From a virus: 35,434 nt of DNA. The notes under the pieces were generated by a model. That model did not search any database and was not told the origin of the DNA. It saw nothing but the letters and a program-made list of their open reading frames with translations. Numbering within the stretch: the stretch's first letter is position 1; each line of letters opens with the position of its first letter. Shown here in pieces: positions 23,659-30,954 of this stretch. Where the stretch lies: IMG/VR virus record IMGVR_UViG_3300009952_000004; one strand, given 5' to 3'. The position numbers were made by a program, and so were the translations under genes.

Positions 23659-23808
23659 TCACCCAACCTCCTTGCTCTTGAATTCTCTAGTGAGTCTATT
23701 TTTTAAAACTCGAATTTGAAAACACTTATCGTCTGCATATGTATAATAATCATCGGTTTCTTCAATCCATTGACTTCGTGTGTACGGGTATCTGTTTGGT
23801 CGTGTCAT
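23659..23808 (-). CDS. Small hypothetical protein (49 aa), absent from the ORF track
   Basis: ATG at 23808 follows a GAGGTGG RBS. Translation MTRPNRYPYTRSQWIEETDDYYTYADDKCFQIRVLKNRLTREFKSKEVG. Its stop abuts the next ATG. Confidence 0.55.
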   Translation of the reverse strand: MTRPNRYPYTRSQWIEETDDYYTYADDKCFQIRVLKNRLTREFKSKEVG

Positions 23809-23809
23809 G

Positions 23810-24148
23810 TTACCACCTCATATATAGGTATTTTGTATCGATATCTTGTTCTAAAATACAATCTCTCAACGATCTTAAATCTTCTAAAGCACTGCTAACG
23901 GTCCCCCATTTGTTCTTGGGTTCATACTGCACATACTTTTCAGGGTGCTGTTCCAATTCTGAGATGCCACGTTGAATGTTTTCAAAAATATCAGCAACAT
24001 TGTAAATTGTGCCTTGGTCGAAATCCCAATCCATAGCCACCCTAAACATTTTTCCAAGATTGTAAGTTGGAGAACTACGTTCAGGTTCATCAATACAAAT
24101 ATATTGTCCGTTTTCTATTTTTCCTAAAATTTCCAAATCATAACTCAT
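23810..24148 (-). CDS. Conserved phage protein of unknown function
   Basis: 112-aa ORF with an ATGA-type overlap with the upstream small ORF. Confidence 0.65.
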   Translation of the reverse strand: MSYDLEILGKIENGQYICIDEPERSSPTYNLGKMFRVAMDWDFDQGTIYNVADIFENIQRGISELEQHPEKYVQYEPKNKWGTVSSALEDLRSLRDCILEQDIDTKYLYMRW

Positions 24149-24315
24149 CGCTCCACCTCCTCTAACTCACCCTCCCAATCGCTAGCAGGGTGAACACATA
24201 ATTCCGTTCCGTTGTAATAAACGAATTCCTTTTCGCCATAATTGTTCACCAAAACCCATCCTCTTATGGTTTTCACACCATCAAAAGACTTGTGTGTATG
24301 CTTTGCAAATTTCAT
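24145..24315 (-). CDS. Small hypothetical protein (56 aa), absent from the ORF track
   Basis: ATG at 24315 follows a GAGGAGGTGG RBS. Translation MKFAKHTHKSFDGVKTIRGWVLVNNYGEKEFVYYNGTELCVHPASDWEGELEEVER. It has ATGA overlaps at both ends. Confidence 0.6.
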   Translation of the reverse strand: MKFAKHTHKSFDGVKTIRGWVLVNNYGEKEFVYYNGTELCVHPASDWEGELEEVER

Positions 24316-24836
24316 TTTCCCACCTCCTCAATTTCAATACCTTCACAATCAAACACCCAGCCAAAGTTGGCATCTTCGAGTTCTTTGCGGGTGTGATGCA
24401 AGCGAAATTCTTCGCACTCTTCAAAATTGCTTAGCATCCACGTATGGCCAAACCTAAATGTCAGATATGTATTCTCTTCGGACATACCTTTCATCTTCAC
24501 TCGATACCGTTTCTTTTCCTCGACCTCGTAGCCGAATTTGTGCATATTGACGATAATTTCGATAAAGTTATCTGTATTCGATATCCAGTTGAAGAGAGTA
24601 TCGTCATTTGTCGATTTTACCCAATTCGCACAAAGATATGCAATGTTTTTATATAAATTATCTTTGTTTATCTGATACCAAACTGATAAAACTGCCGGTA
24701 CTACTGGTTTTCCGGGTTCGTCTAGTTGATTTACTAGTTCCAAAAGCCCTTTTCTGCTGATGTCAATTTTATCGACGATAGGGCCCTCTTTGTAAGGTAA
24801 ATCCTCGATATGTTTAATCAATTCCTGCTTATTCAT
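24312..24836 (-). CDS. DUF1642-like phage protein
   Basis: The start is ATG 24836 (MNKQELIKHIEDL) after an AAGGAG RBS; the track start at 24887 lies inside the upstream gene. The C-terminal KKRYRVKMKG...HHTRKELEDANFGWVFDCEGIEIEEV resembles the family. Confidence 0.65.
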   Translation of the reverse strand: MNKQELIKHIEDLPYKEGPIVDKIDISRKGLLELVNQLDEPGKPVVPAVLSVWYQINKDNLYKNIAYLCANWVKSTNDDTLFNWISNTDNFIEIIVNMHKFGYEVEEKKRYRVKMKGMSEENTYLTFRFGHTWMLSNFEECEEFRLHHTRKELEDANFGWVFDCEGIEIEEVGK

Positions 24837-25015
24837 TCTTCCAACTCCTTTAACTGTTCTTGATACCTTTTCAGCTCCTTCTTCCAAAAATCACGTTCTG
24901 CGCTTCGTGAGTGTGCAAGCGACTTCACGCAAGGTTCAGATAATTCTTCAATCCTTGCGTTCGCTTTCTCGATTGAACGTTCTAGCGATTCAATCATTTG
25001 TTGTTTAATATTCAT
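24833..25015 (-). CDS. Small coiled-coil protein
   Basis: 60-aa ORF overlapping both neighbours. Confidence 0.55.
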   Translation of the reverse strand: MNIKQQMIESLERSIEKANARIEELSEPCVKSLAHSRSAERDFWKKELKRYQEQLKELEE

Positions 25016-25409
25016 CTTCAGTTATCCTTGATATTTCAAGTTCAATTCTATATTTCTTGTTTCCTGACTTTCCACCGTGTCTGAAGTCCATTGACTTGAT
25101 AACGTGGTAATTATCATCTGTCCAAAATTTCGCATCCGTCAAGCCGTCCAATAGCGCCTTGCTCGTTGGCGACCAGTTCGGCGGGTCGTATATGCGATTA
25201 GTCGGGGCGAATACCCAAACTATCACTTTGCAAGGTTTTTCCTCGTTAAAAGGTAAACCAAAGTAATCTCTTAGAGTATCCAGCCCTTCATAATGCGCAA
25301 GTTGTCTTAAAAACTTTGTGATTTTAGCTTTTTTCTGAAAATGCAATCTGTCATTCGCTGAAATCATCTGCTTTCTGTCAAGTTCAAATTTTAAAATTAG
25401 TTTTTCCAT
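25005..25409 (-). CDS. RusA-like Holliday junction resolvase
   Basis: 134 aa. The DPPNWSPTSKALLDGLTDAKFWTDDNYHV segment fits the RusA D..N..K...D.L...DD pattern. GAGGG RBS. Confidence 0.65.
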   Translation of the reverse strand: MEKLILKFELDRKQMISANDRLHFQKKAKITKFLRQLAHYEGLDTLRDYFGLPFNEEKPCKVIVWVFAPTNRIYDPPNWSPTSKALLDGLTDAKFWTDDNYHVIKSMDFRHGGKSGNKKYRIELEISRITEDEY

Positions 25410-25423
25410 GCATTGCCCTCGTT

Positions 25424-26131
25424 TTATATCTCATCAAAAAAACTTAACTGGCTATTGTGTGAACTGATTCTTTTTTGCGCAATATCAAAATAATAATCGT
25501 CAATCTCAGTTCCTATGAAGTGTCTTTCTGTGTCCAACGATGCAACCGCAGTCGTACCGCTTCCCATGAAGCCGTCGAAAACAATATCCCCGACATTTGA
25601 ATGTTTAATAATACATCGCTTTATTAGTTCGATTGGCTTTTGGTTTTGGTGTATCAACTTTTCATGACTTACTCTTTTAAAATCCCACACATCCGTTAAA
25701 CGTTCGCCATTAAATGTTTTCCGTCCTTTATTTGCCAGTATTATCATTTCGTACTGTTTTCCGAATTGTGCTTCCAGGTCGCCAGCAGTGTGGTTGTTTT
25801 TGCGCCATATAATGATATTTTTTACTGTGAAATATTTTTCGATTTCTTTTTTAAAAAAATCAATCTTATCAAACGAACAAAACATATAAATCGCCGTATT
25901 ATCCTTTAAAATCCGATAACATTCTTTTATGTATTCTTTTACCAATTCCGGATTGTCATCGTTTTGAATAACTTCTGAAAATCTATGATTTTCTTTTCTG
26001 TAGTTTGTTTTATAATTTATTAAATAAGGCGGATCTGTTACGATTAAGTCAATACATTCATCCGGCAATTTTCCCATAAAATCAATGACATCTTCTTTTG
26101 CTATATAATCAATTCTGCTTAATTCCGTCAT
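25424..26131 (-). CDS. DNA methyltransferase (DPPY motif, beta-class N6-adenine/N4-cytosine type), orphan
   Basis: TDPPY (motif IV) lies near the N-terminus and FMGSGTTAVAS (motif I) near the C-terminus. ATG at 26131 follows a GAGGGAG RBS. No nuclease gene is adjacent. Confidence 0.85.
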   Translation of the reverse strand: MTELSRIDYIAKEDVIDFMGKLPDECIDLIVTDPPYLINYKTNYRKENHRFSEVIQNDDNPELVKEYIKECYRILKDNTAIYMFCSFDKIDFFKKEIEKYFTVKNIIIWRKNNHTAGDLEAQFGKQYEMIILANKGRKTFNGERLTDVWDFKRVSHEKLIHQNQKPIELIKRCIIKHSNVGDIVFDGFMGSGTTAVASLDTERHFIGTEIDDYYFDIAQKRISSHNSQLSFFDEI

Positions 26132-26146
26132 GCGCTCCCTCAATTT

Positions 26147-26554
26147 TTAGAACGGCAAATCATCATCTGAAATGTCCATTGGTGCGCCTTGTCGTGAAAA
26201 ATCGGGTGCTTGTTGTTGCGCTTGGTTACCTTGTCCTTTGCTTTCTAATAGTTGGAATGTTCCTGCGACGACTTCTGTCACATAGACACGTTGACCTTGT
26301 TGATTATCGTAGCTTCGTGTCTGAATACGTCCAGTAATTCCAATCAATGCGCCTTTTTTCGCCCAGTTCGCAAGATTTTCTGCTTGTTGTCGCCACATCA
26401 CGCAGTTAATGAAATCAGCTTCACGATCGCCGTTTTCATTTTTAAACGTGCGATTGACTGCAAGGGTAAAAGTAGCGACTGCCACGTTTGAGGGGGTATA
26501 ACGTAAATCTACGTCTTTAGTAAGTCGTCCGACAAGTGATACATTGTTTAGCAT
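26147..26554 (-). CDS. ssb: Single-stranded DNA-binding protein
   Basis: The N-terminus [20 protein letters not shown] indicates an OB fold. There is a Gln-rich linker and the acidic tail DISDDDLPF. Confidence 0.95.
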   Translation of the reverse strand: MLNNVSLVGRLTKDVDLRYTPSNVAVATFTLAVNRTFKNENGDREADFINCVMWRQQAENLANWAKKGALIGITGRIQTRSYDNQQGQRVYVTEVVAGTFQLLESKGQGNQAQQQAPDFSRQGAPMDISDDDLPF

Positions 26555-27516
26555 TTTTTCATTCCTTCCACTGTTTCAAAATCAATATCGTGAGCATCTA
26601 ACCATTCTTTGAAGTCTTTTGCTTGTTGCAAATCAAACCAAAACTTGATTGTGGTTACATACCTATCATCGTCTTTTTGTTCCGATTTTGCTTCGTTTTC
26701 GATAACTTCGCCGGTTTCTGCATCATAGGCTTTTATAGTTGCTTCTGCTTGTTCTTTTGCAATGCGATCAATTTCTGCTCTGCGTTCTTCTTCTGCTCGT
26801 TTTCTTGCTTCTTGTTGTTCTTTGAATAGTCTTGCGCTTTCAACGTCTTTTGTAATACTTTCAAGAACTTCAGCAAGTGTTTGCCCGCTTTCATACGCTC
26901 TGATATAAGTAGCCGGACCGAGTTCATAAGTTGCGCATTGTGTGCTGATAATCGAAATATCTTGGTCTTTCTGATTTTGCTTTTGCAACTCATTCATGAC
27001 GATTGTTTCTAGTTCTGCTTCTGTCTTTTTCAAAAGTTGGAAGCTATCTTTTTTAAATTGACTGGCTTTCGTGTATGAATCAAGATACTGTTCAAAAATA
27101 TCCGGATTGAGATTGCCCTCAATAGCTTTTTCTTTGAACCAATTCCGAACTGTATCTTTACGCAAGAGTTTTTGATTTTCTTCGTACCCGTCAATTTGTT
27201 GTTTTAAGGAATCAATCAACCCTTTCAATTTGCTGTAAGGCGTTTTATAGGCTTTTTCAAATTCTGCATACGGTTCATTGATTTTGCCTTTAATTTCTTT
27301 TCTTCGTTCTTCTAGGCTTTGGCTCAACTTGTTCAAGTCGGTTCTTGCTTGTTTAACTTCTTCAATCGAGTTAACTTCTAGATCAAAAGTGCCATACTTT
27401 GCGATAGCTTGTTCAATTCCACTTTCAAACGCTCCAAAGTCGCTGAATGCGACCTTGGCGGGTTCAAAGTTGATTTTGATAGTGTCAAGCTGATTAATTT
27501 TTTCCGCTTCTTTCAT
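26548..27516 (-). CDS. DUF1351-like protein (usual partner of phage annealases)
   Basis: 322 aa, located between the RecT-like gene and ssb, as in many streptococcal and lactococcal phages. Confidence 0.65.
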   Translation of the reverse strand: MKEAEKINQLDTIKINFEPAKVAFSDFGAFESGIEQAIAKYGTFDLEVNSIEEVKQARTDLNKLSQSLEERRKEIKGKINEPYAEFEKAYKTPYSKLKGLIDSLKQQIDGYEENQKLLRKDTVRNWFKEKAIEGNLNPDIFEQYLDSYTKASQFKKDSFQLLKKTEAELETIVMNELQKQNQKDQDISIISTQCATYELGPATYIRAYESGQTLAEVLESITKDVESARLFKEQQEARKRAEEERRAEIDRIAKEQAEATIKAYDAETGEVIENEAKSEQKDDDRYVTTIKFWFDLQQAKDFKEWLDAHDIDFETVEGMKKC

Positions 27517-27529
27517 GTTTTAACCCTTT

Positions 27530-28270
27530 CTATACAAACGGCAATTCGATTTCTTCAATCGGTTCTTCTGTGAAAAATGGAATTTCTTCCGCTTGGTATT
27601 CTGTTTCATTTTCTTTTTTCACTTGTTCTTGTTTCATTTGTTCAATTTGCGCTTGTTTACGCTCAATGACTTCTTCCCGACTTTCTCGAGGTGTAACGTC
27701 AATCGGTTGTGCTTGTTCCATTTCGTCCGTCGTGTATAGTCCGCCCACGTTTTCGCTAAACGCTTCACGCATTGCAGATACTAGCGCAACTTTACGAATC
27801 ATCAACGCTGGCATCTTCGCCCACATAGATTTTCCGGTATTATATGCTTTAAAATCCGCATCAACTTCAACCGGGAATTTTCTATCTTTGCGATAAACTT
27901 TCGCCCAACCGCCTAAAAGAGTGTCATTCTTACTGTGGATTGTTCCGGAAATCTGTTTAATTTCTCCGTCTTGTGTTTCTACAACGATACCGGCTTCAAA
28001 ACCGTCAAAGTTTGGATTCTGTTCTGCTCGTTTCATGAACGCATCTTTTGAAACAACCACTTGCGCCGGATTCGTTCCGTACTTAATGAAATATACTTCT
28101 TTCGTGAACGGGTTTAAGTTCCGTTCTTTACACGTTGCGATAAAATACGCTAATTCTTCGTCGCTTGCTTTTCCAGAAGCATCTAAATATTGACGGACGA
28201 TTTTTGCGCTCAATAATTGCGGATTTGTCAAGAAATCTCCCGTTGTTTTAACTGCTACTTGATTTGTCAT
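27530..28270 (-). CDS. RecT/Bet-type single-strand annealing protein
   Basis: ATG at 28270 follows an AAAGGTG RBS. The NLNPFTKEVYFIKYG...VVSKDAFMKRA...FDGFEAGIVV segment is typical of the family. Confidence 0.8.
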   Translation of the reverse strand: MTNQVAVKTTGDFLTNPQLLSAKIVRQYLDASGKASDEELAYFIATCKERNLNPFTKEVYFIKYGTNPAQVVVSKDAFMKRAEQNPNFDGFEAGIVVETQDGEIKQISGTIHSKNDTLLGGWAKVYRKDRKFPVEVDADFKAYNTGKSMWAKMPALMIRKVALVSAMREAFSENVGGLYTTDEMEQAQPIDVTPRESREEVIERKQAQIEQMKQEQVKKENETEYQAEEIPFFTEEPIEEIELPFV

Positions 28271-28290
28271 TTTTTTCACCTTTTATCTTT

Positions 28291-28620
28291 CTATGCGCTC
28301 CAATATTCGTTCAAGTCAACTGCCATGACAGTCGCAAGATTTTTCTGTTCGGTTAAAATTTGTCGCTTGTATGGCGCAAGTCCAGCTTGTCGCTCGTCTT
28401 CATTGCGTGGTAAGTAATACCCGCTCGGTTGTGTTTTTTTCGCTACGATTGGATGCTTGAAATTCACTCGTAGGCTCTCAATCACTTCTTCAAGACTTCG
28501 TTTTGATAGTCCAGTTTCTTGTCTAATCTGTTCAGCCTTGATTGGTTCTTCAAACGTTGCACGGTTGACAATCAAGTTCAATACACTTGTTTCGGTTTCA
28601 TTCATTGTTCTACTAATCAT
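28291..28620 (-). CDS. Hypothetical protein, possible winged-helix DNA binding
   Basis: 109-aa ORF. The function guess is weak. Confidence 0.55.
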   Translation of the reverse strand: MISRTMNETETSVLNLIVNRATFEEPIKAEQIRQETGLSKRSLEEVIESLRVNFKHPIVAKKTQPSGYYLPRNEDERQAGLAPYKRQILTEQKNLATVMAVDLNEYWSA

Positions 28621-28753
28621 ATTCCCTCCCGATGAATACGCATCTTAATTCTGTACTTCCGCACTCTTTACACTCGATAGGCGGATAACTGTCAATCACT
28701 TCAAATTCATGTCCGCAGTCGCAACAACCACAATCCCAAATGTAAAGGTTCAT
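28613..28753 (-). CDS. Small zinc-ribbon protein (46 aa), absent from the ORF track
   Basis: ATG at 28753 follows an AAGGAG RBS. The translation MNLYIWDCGCCDCGHEFEVIDSYPPIECKECGSTELRCVFIGREYD contains CxxC and CxxC pairs. Confidence 0.6.
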   Translation of the reverse strand: MNLYIWDCGCCDCGHEFEVIDSYPPIECKECGSTELRCVFIGREYD

Positions 28754-28755
28754 TA

Positions 28756-29289
28756 TTATTGCTCCTTGTGGATATTCTCAATCTCTTCTAATTTTTCGAC
28801 AAAATCGACATACGCTTTATAAAAATCACCGGATTTTTTGCTATCTTTATATGCTTTTTCAACCAATTCAGCACCGCTACCATAAAAACAACCAACTCTC
28901 CAGTTTTTGTTCGATTTTGTGTAAGTGAAATAACGACCGCTAGACCATGTGTTTTTAAAAACAATATAATCAGCGTTGCCAGATACCCTAGCGTTGCCAT
29001 ATACCCAAGCGTCGCCATATACCCTAGCGTTGCCATATACCCTAGCGTTGCCGTATACCCAAGCGTCGCCGTATACCTCAGCGTTGCCATATACCCTAGC
29101 GTTGCCAGATACCCTAGCGTCGCCGTATACCCAAGCGTCGCCGGATTGACTTAAATTTTTTTCACTTGCAATATAGCCCCCAACTTCTCCTTTTTCAATT
29201 CCGCTAAATGAAATTAACGCCTTAATTCTAAAAAGTTGCACTCCGAAAAATGTAATTGTATCATCTACTAATAGCTCATATTTTCTCAT
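28756..29289 (-). CDS. Hexapeptide-repeat (predicted beta-helix) protein of unknown function
   Basis: 177 aa. It contains nine consecutive G[DN]A[RWE]V[YS] hexapeptides flanked by conserved-looking N-terminal (LFRIKALISFSGIEKGEVGGYIASEKNLSQSGDAWV) and C-terminal domains. Confidence 0.8.
   Translation of the reverse strand: MRKYELLVDDTITFFGVQLFRIKALISFSGIEKGEVGGYIASEKNLSQSGDAWVYGDARVSGNARVYGNAEVYGDAWVYGNARVYGNARVYGDAWVYGNARVSGNADYIVFKNTWSSGRYFTYTKSNKNWRVGCFYGSGAELVEKAYKDSKKSGDFYKAYVDFVEKLEEIENIHKEQ
28978..29139. repeat. Nine tandem 18-bp units (gccRtatacccWagcgtY) inside the hexapeptide-repeat gene
   Basis: Units start at 28978, 28996, 29014, 29032, 29050, 29068, 29086, 29104 and 29122. Three of them (29014, 29032, 29086) are identical. 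Confidence 0.95.
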
Positions 29290-29291
29290 GT

Positions 29292-29585
29292 TTATTGCTC
29301 CTTTGGTTTCGGTAATGCTAGTAAGTCAGGTCTAAGACCTACGGGCGCTTGTGTGTCAAACGTGAATTTTCTATCGCAATTACGAATGTTTTCCCGAGCG
29401 ATGTTGTTAAACTGATTTCGCCCTTGCTGATAAACATCAATAATTGCTTGGTCTAGTTTTTCTTGTTCTTCCTTTTGTCGTCTTGCTTTCTGCTCGCTAT
29501 TTGCAATCAATAGTAAAGTAACGAATAAGCAAGTCATGATTGTTGCAAGTCCTAAAAATTGGCTTGCCAAAGTTGGTTCTGTCAT
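29292..29585 (-). CDS. Membrane-anchored hypothetical protein
   Basis: 97 aa with an N-terminal TM helix (FLGLATIMTCLFVTLLLIA) and a GAGGTG RBS. Confidence 0.6.
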   Translation of the reverse strand: MTEPTLASQFLGLATIMTCLFVTLLLIANSEQKARRQKEEQEKLDQAIIDVYQQGRNQFNNIARENIRNCDRKFTFDTQAPVGLRPDLLALPKPKEQ

Positions 29586-29588
29586 ATT

Positions 29589-29762
29589 CTACACCTCTAA
29601 TAACTTTTCCAAGTCAGCTATGCGCTGATATAAGATTTGATTTTCTTCTTGTGTTTTAATCAATTCACGGTTCAAGTCTAATGCGACTAATCGCCAGTCT
29701 TGATTGATTTCAATTTTGGTTGTGTTAAAAAATCATTTTGTAAATTTGTCTAATAACTTCAT
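29589..29762 (-). pseudogene. Small ORF interrupted by an in-frame TGA after codon 9
   Basis: ATG at 29762 follows a GAGGG RBS. Translation MKLLDKFTK-stop(29733-29735)-FFNTTKIEINQDWRLVALDLNRELIKTQEENQILYQRIADLEKLLEV, all in the same frame. There is no ATG/GTG restart. Confidence 0.4.
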
Positions 29763-29893
29763 GCGATACCCTCACGATCTAGTAAATTGTTTAAAATTCC
29801 GTCAAGTACGTTATAGAAACGATGCCCGCTTGGTACAATGATTTCTTCGTCTTGTTCAATTTTTTTCCCGAAAGCGTATATATTTACTTTCAT
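29759..29893 (-). CDS. Small hypothetical protein (44 aa), absent from the ORF track
   Basis: ATG at 29893 lies 9 nt after GGAG, with an in-frame alternative ATG at 29908. Translation MKVNIYAFGKKIEQDEEIIVPSGHRFYNVLDGILNNLLDREGIA. ATGA overlap with the next ORF. Confidence 0.5.
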   Translation of the reverse strand: MKVNIYAFGKKIEQDEEIIVPSGHRFYNVLDGILNNLLDREGIA

Positions 29894-29907
29894 TTTTTCT
29901 TGCTCCA

Positions 29908-29916
29908 TGTTATAAT
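29908..29916 (+). promoter_or_regulatory. Extended -10 promoter candidate on the plus strand (TGtTATAAT)
   Basis: A perfect TATAAT at 29911-29916 is preceded by TG at 29908-29909, with only a weak -35. It faces against the early operon. Confidence 0.35.
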
Positions 29917-29935
29917 TTAAGTAGTAATTTTAGTA

Positions 29936-29964
29936 AGCGCCTATTCCCGTAGGTGCTTTTTATT
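29936..29964 (+). terminator. Plus-strand intrinsic terminator inside the minus-strand early operon
   Basis: AGCGCCTA-TTCCCG-TAGGTGCT forms an 8-bp stem including one GU pair on the plus strand (an AC mismatch on the minus strand). It is followed by TTTTATT. Confidence 0.5.
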
Positions 29965-30136
29965 CTGCAAACTGATACACGCTACCGTTCATTGAATAGT
30001 AAGTCATTTCTTGCAGTTTACGAATGAATTGATAATTGTCTGTATTTAACAACTTATCTTTCCACAATTCTGATAGTTGATAGTGGTTTTTCTCAAAATC
30101 TGCTATCAGCTTTTTTCTTTCTTCAATTGTTAAAAT
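29960..30136 (-). CDS. Possible small ORF with a non-canonical ATT start (58 aa)
   Basis: The coding-looking frame ILTIEERKKLIADFEKNHYQLSELWKDKLLNTDNYQFIRKLQEMTYYSMNGSVYQFAE has ATT at 30136, 8 nt after a perfect AGGAGG. There is no ATG/GTG/TTG near the 5' end, and TGA-TAA stops lie just upstream in this frame. Confidence 0.35.
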   Translation of the reverse strand: MLTIEERKKLIADFEKNHYQLSELWKDKLLNTDNYQFIRKLQEMTYYSMNGSVYQFAE

Positions 30137-30942
30137 GGTAGTGTCCTCCTGTCTTCTGAGTTATCAGGGTATTTGAAAGTCAATCCCTTTGCACCTTTGG
30201 CAACTCGACTGACAAGACTAGAATCAAATGTCTGTTTCATGTTTTGCCCCGTCATATTGGTTGTAATGATCGTCTTATCTCTAGCATCTAGCAAGTTATA
30301 AAGAAAATCTTTTTTCCATTGCGCTTGATCGCCTTTCCCAAAGTCGTCCAAAATCAGATAATCTACTTTCTTTAACAAGTCCAACCATTCGTCCGTTGTC
30401 CGTGCATCTGTTCGATTGAACCCGCTTTGGATTTTTTGGAACATTGTAGGCACGTTCACGAAAAGAACGCTTTTAGGGTTGTTATTCGCTTTGAAGTCAA
30501 TATTTAACTTCTTAGCGATTGTAATAGCTAGATGCGTTTTCCCAACTCCAGCTTGTCCGAGTAAAATTGCGTTACCCTTGCCGTCGTTGAAATAGTGCCT
30601 TGCTACTCTTAAAGCGTAGTTTTTGGCGTGCTCGTCAATTTCATTTGATACCGTGAACGTATTAAAACTAGCTTCTTTCATATCGCTTGGCATAATGCTA
30701 TTTCTGTTAAATACTTCATACGTTCCATTCAAAATTGAAGAGATAACAGCTTCACCAATTTTCTTTTCTTGTTCCCGTGCCATGTCTTCACGCTGACACT
30801 CAGGGCAAAAGGTAGGCTGATAAGGTGTGCTTCGTCCTTTGGCTTTGACCGGATGCTTGAATGTCCACATATAGCAAGAATGCTTTTTGCATATCTCGTT
30901 TTCGTTCACGAAATAAATTGGATCTAAACTTAATTTTTCCAT
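30130..30942 (-). CDS. DnaC/IstB-like AAA+ helicase loader with an N-terminal zinc finger
   Basis: Walker A GQAGVGKTH, Walker B LILDDFG, an N-terminal C..HSC...CPEC motif, and an AAAGGAGG RBS. Confidence 0.85.
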   Translation of the reverse strand: MEKLSLDPIYFVNENEICKKHSCYMWTFKHPVKAKGRSTPYQPTFCPECQREDMAREQEKKIGEAVISSILNGTYEVFNRNSIMPSDMKEASFNTFTVSNEIDEHAKNYALRVARHYFNDGKGNAILLGQAGVGKTHLAITIAKKLNIDFKANNNPKSVLFVNVPTMFQKIQSGFNRTDARTTDEWLDLLKKVDYLILDDFGKGDQAQWKKDFLYNLLDARDKTIITTNMTGQNMKQTFDSSLVSRVAKGAKGLTFKYPDNSEDRRTLPF

Positions 30943-30954
30943 TCAACCTCCTTT

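Noticed and set aside
28788-29090. 100-aa minus-strand ORF (MATLRYTATLGYTATLGY...) overlapping the hexapeptide-repeat gene
   Set aside because: It is an alternative reading frame of the same 18-bp tandem repeats. The frame giving GNARVYG hexapeptides has the RBS, the flanking conserved domains and the operon fit.
28978-29139. Regularly spaced 18-bp repeats as a possible CRISPR array
   Set aside because: The units are contiguous with no spacers, are too short, and lie in frame inside a protein-coding gene.
29733-29735. TGA recoding (readthrough or selenocysteine) in the interrupted small ORF
   Set aside because: TGA terminates several well-supported genes in this genome, and no SECIS-like hairpin follows the codon.
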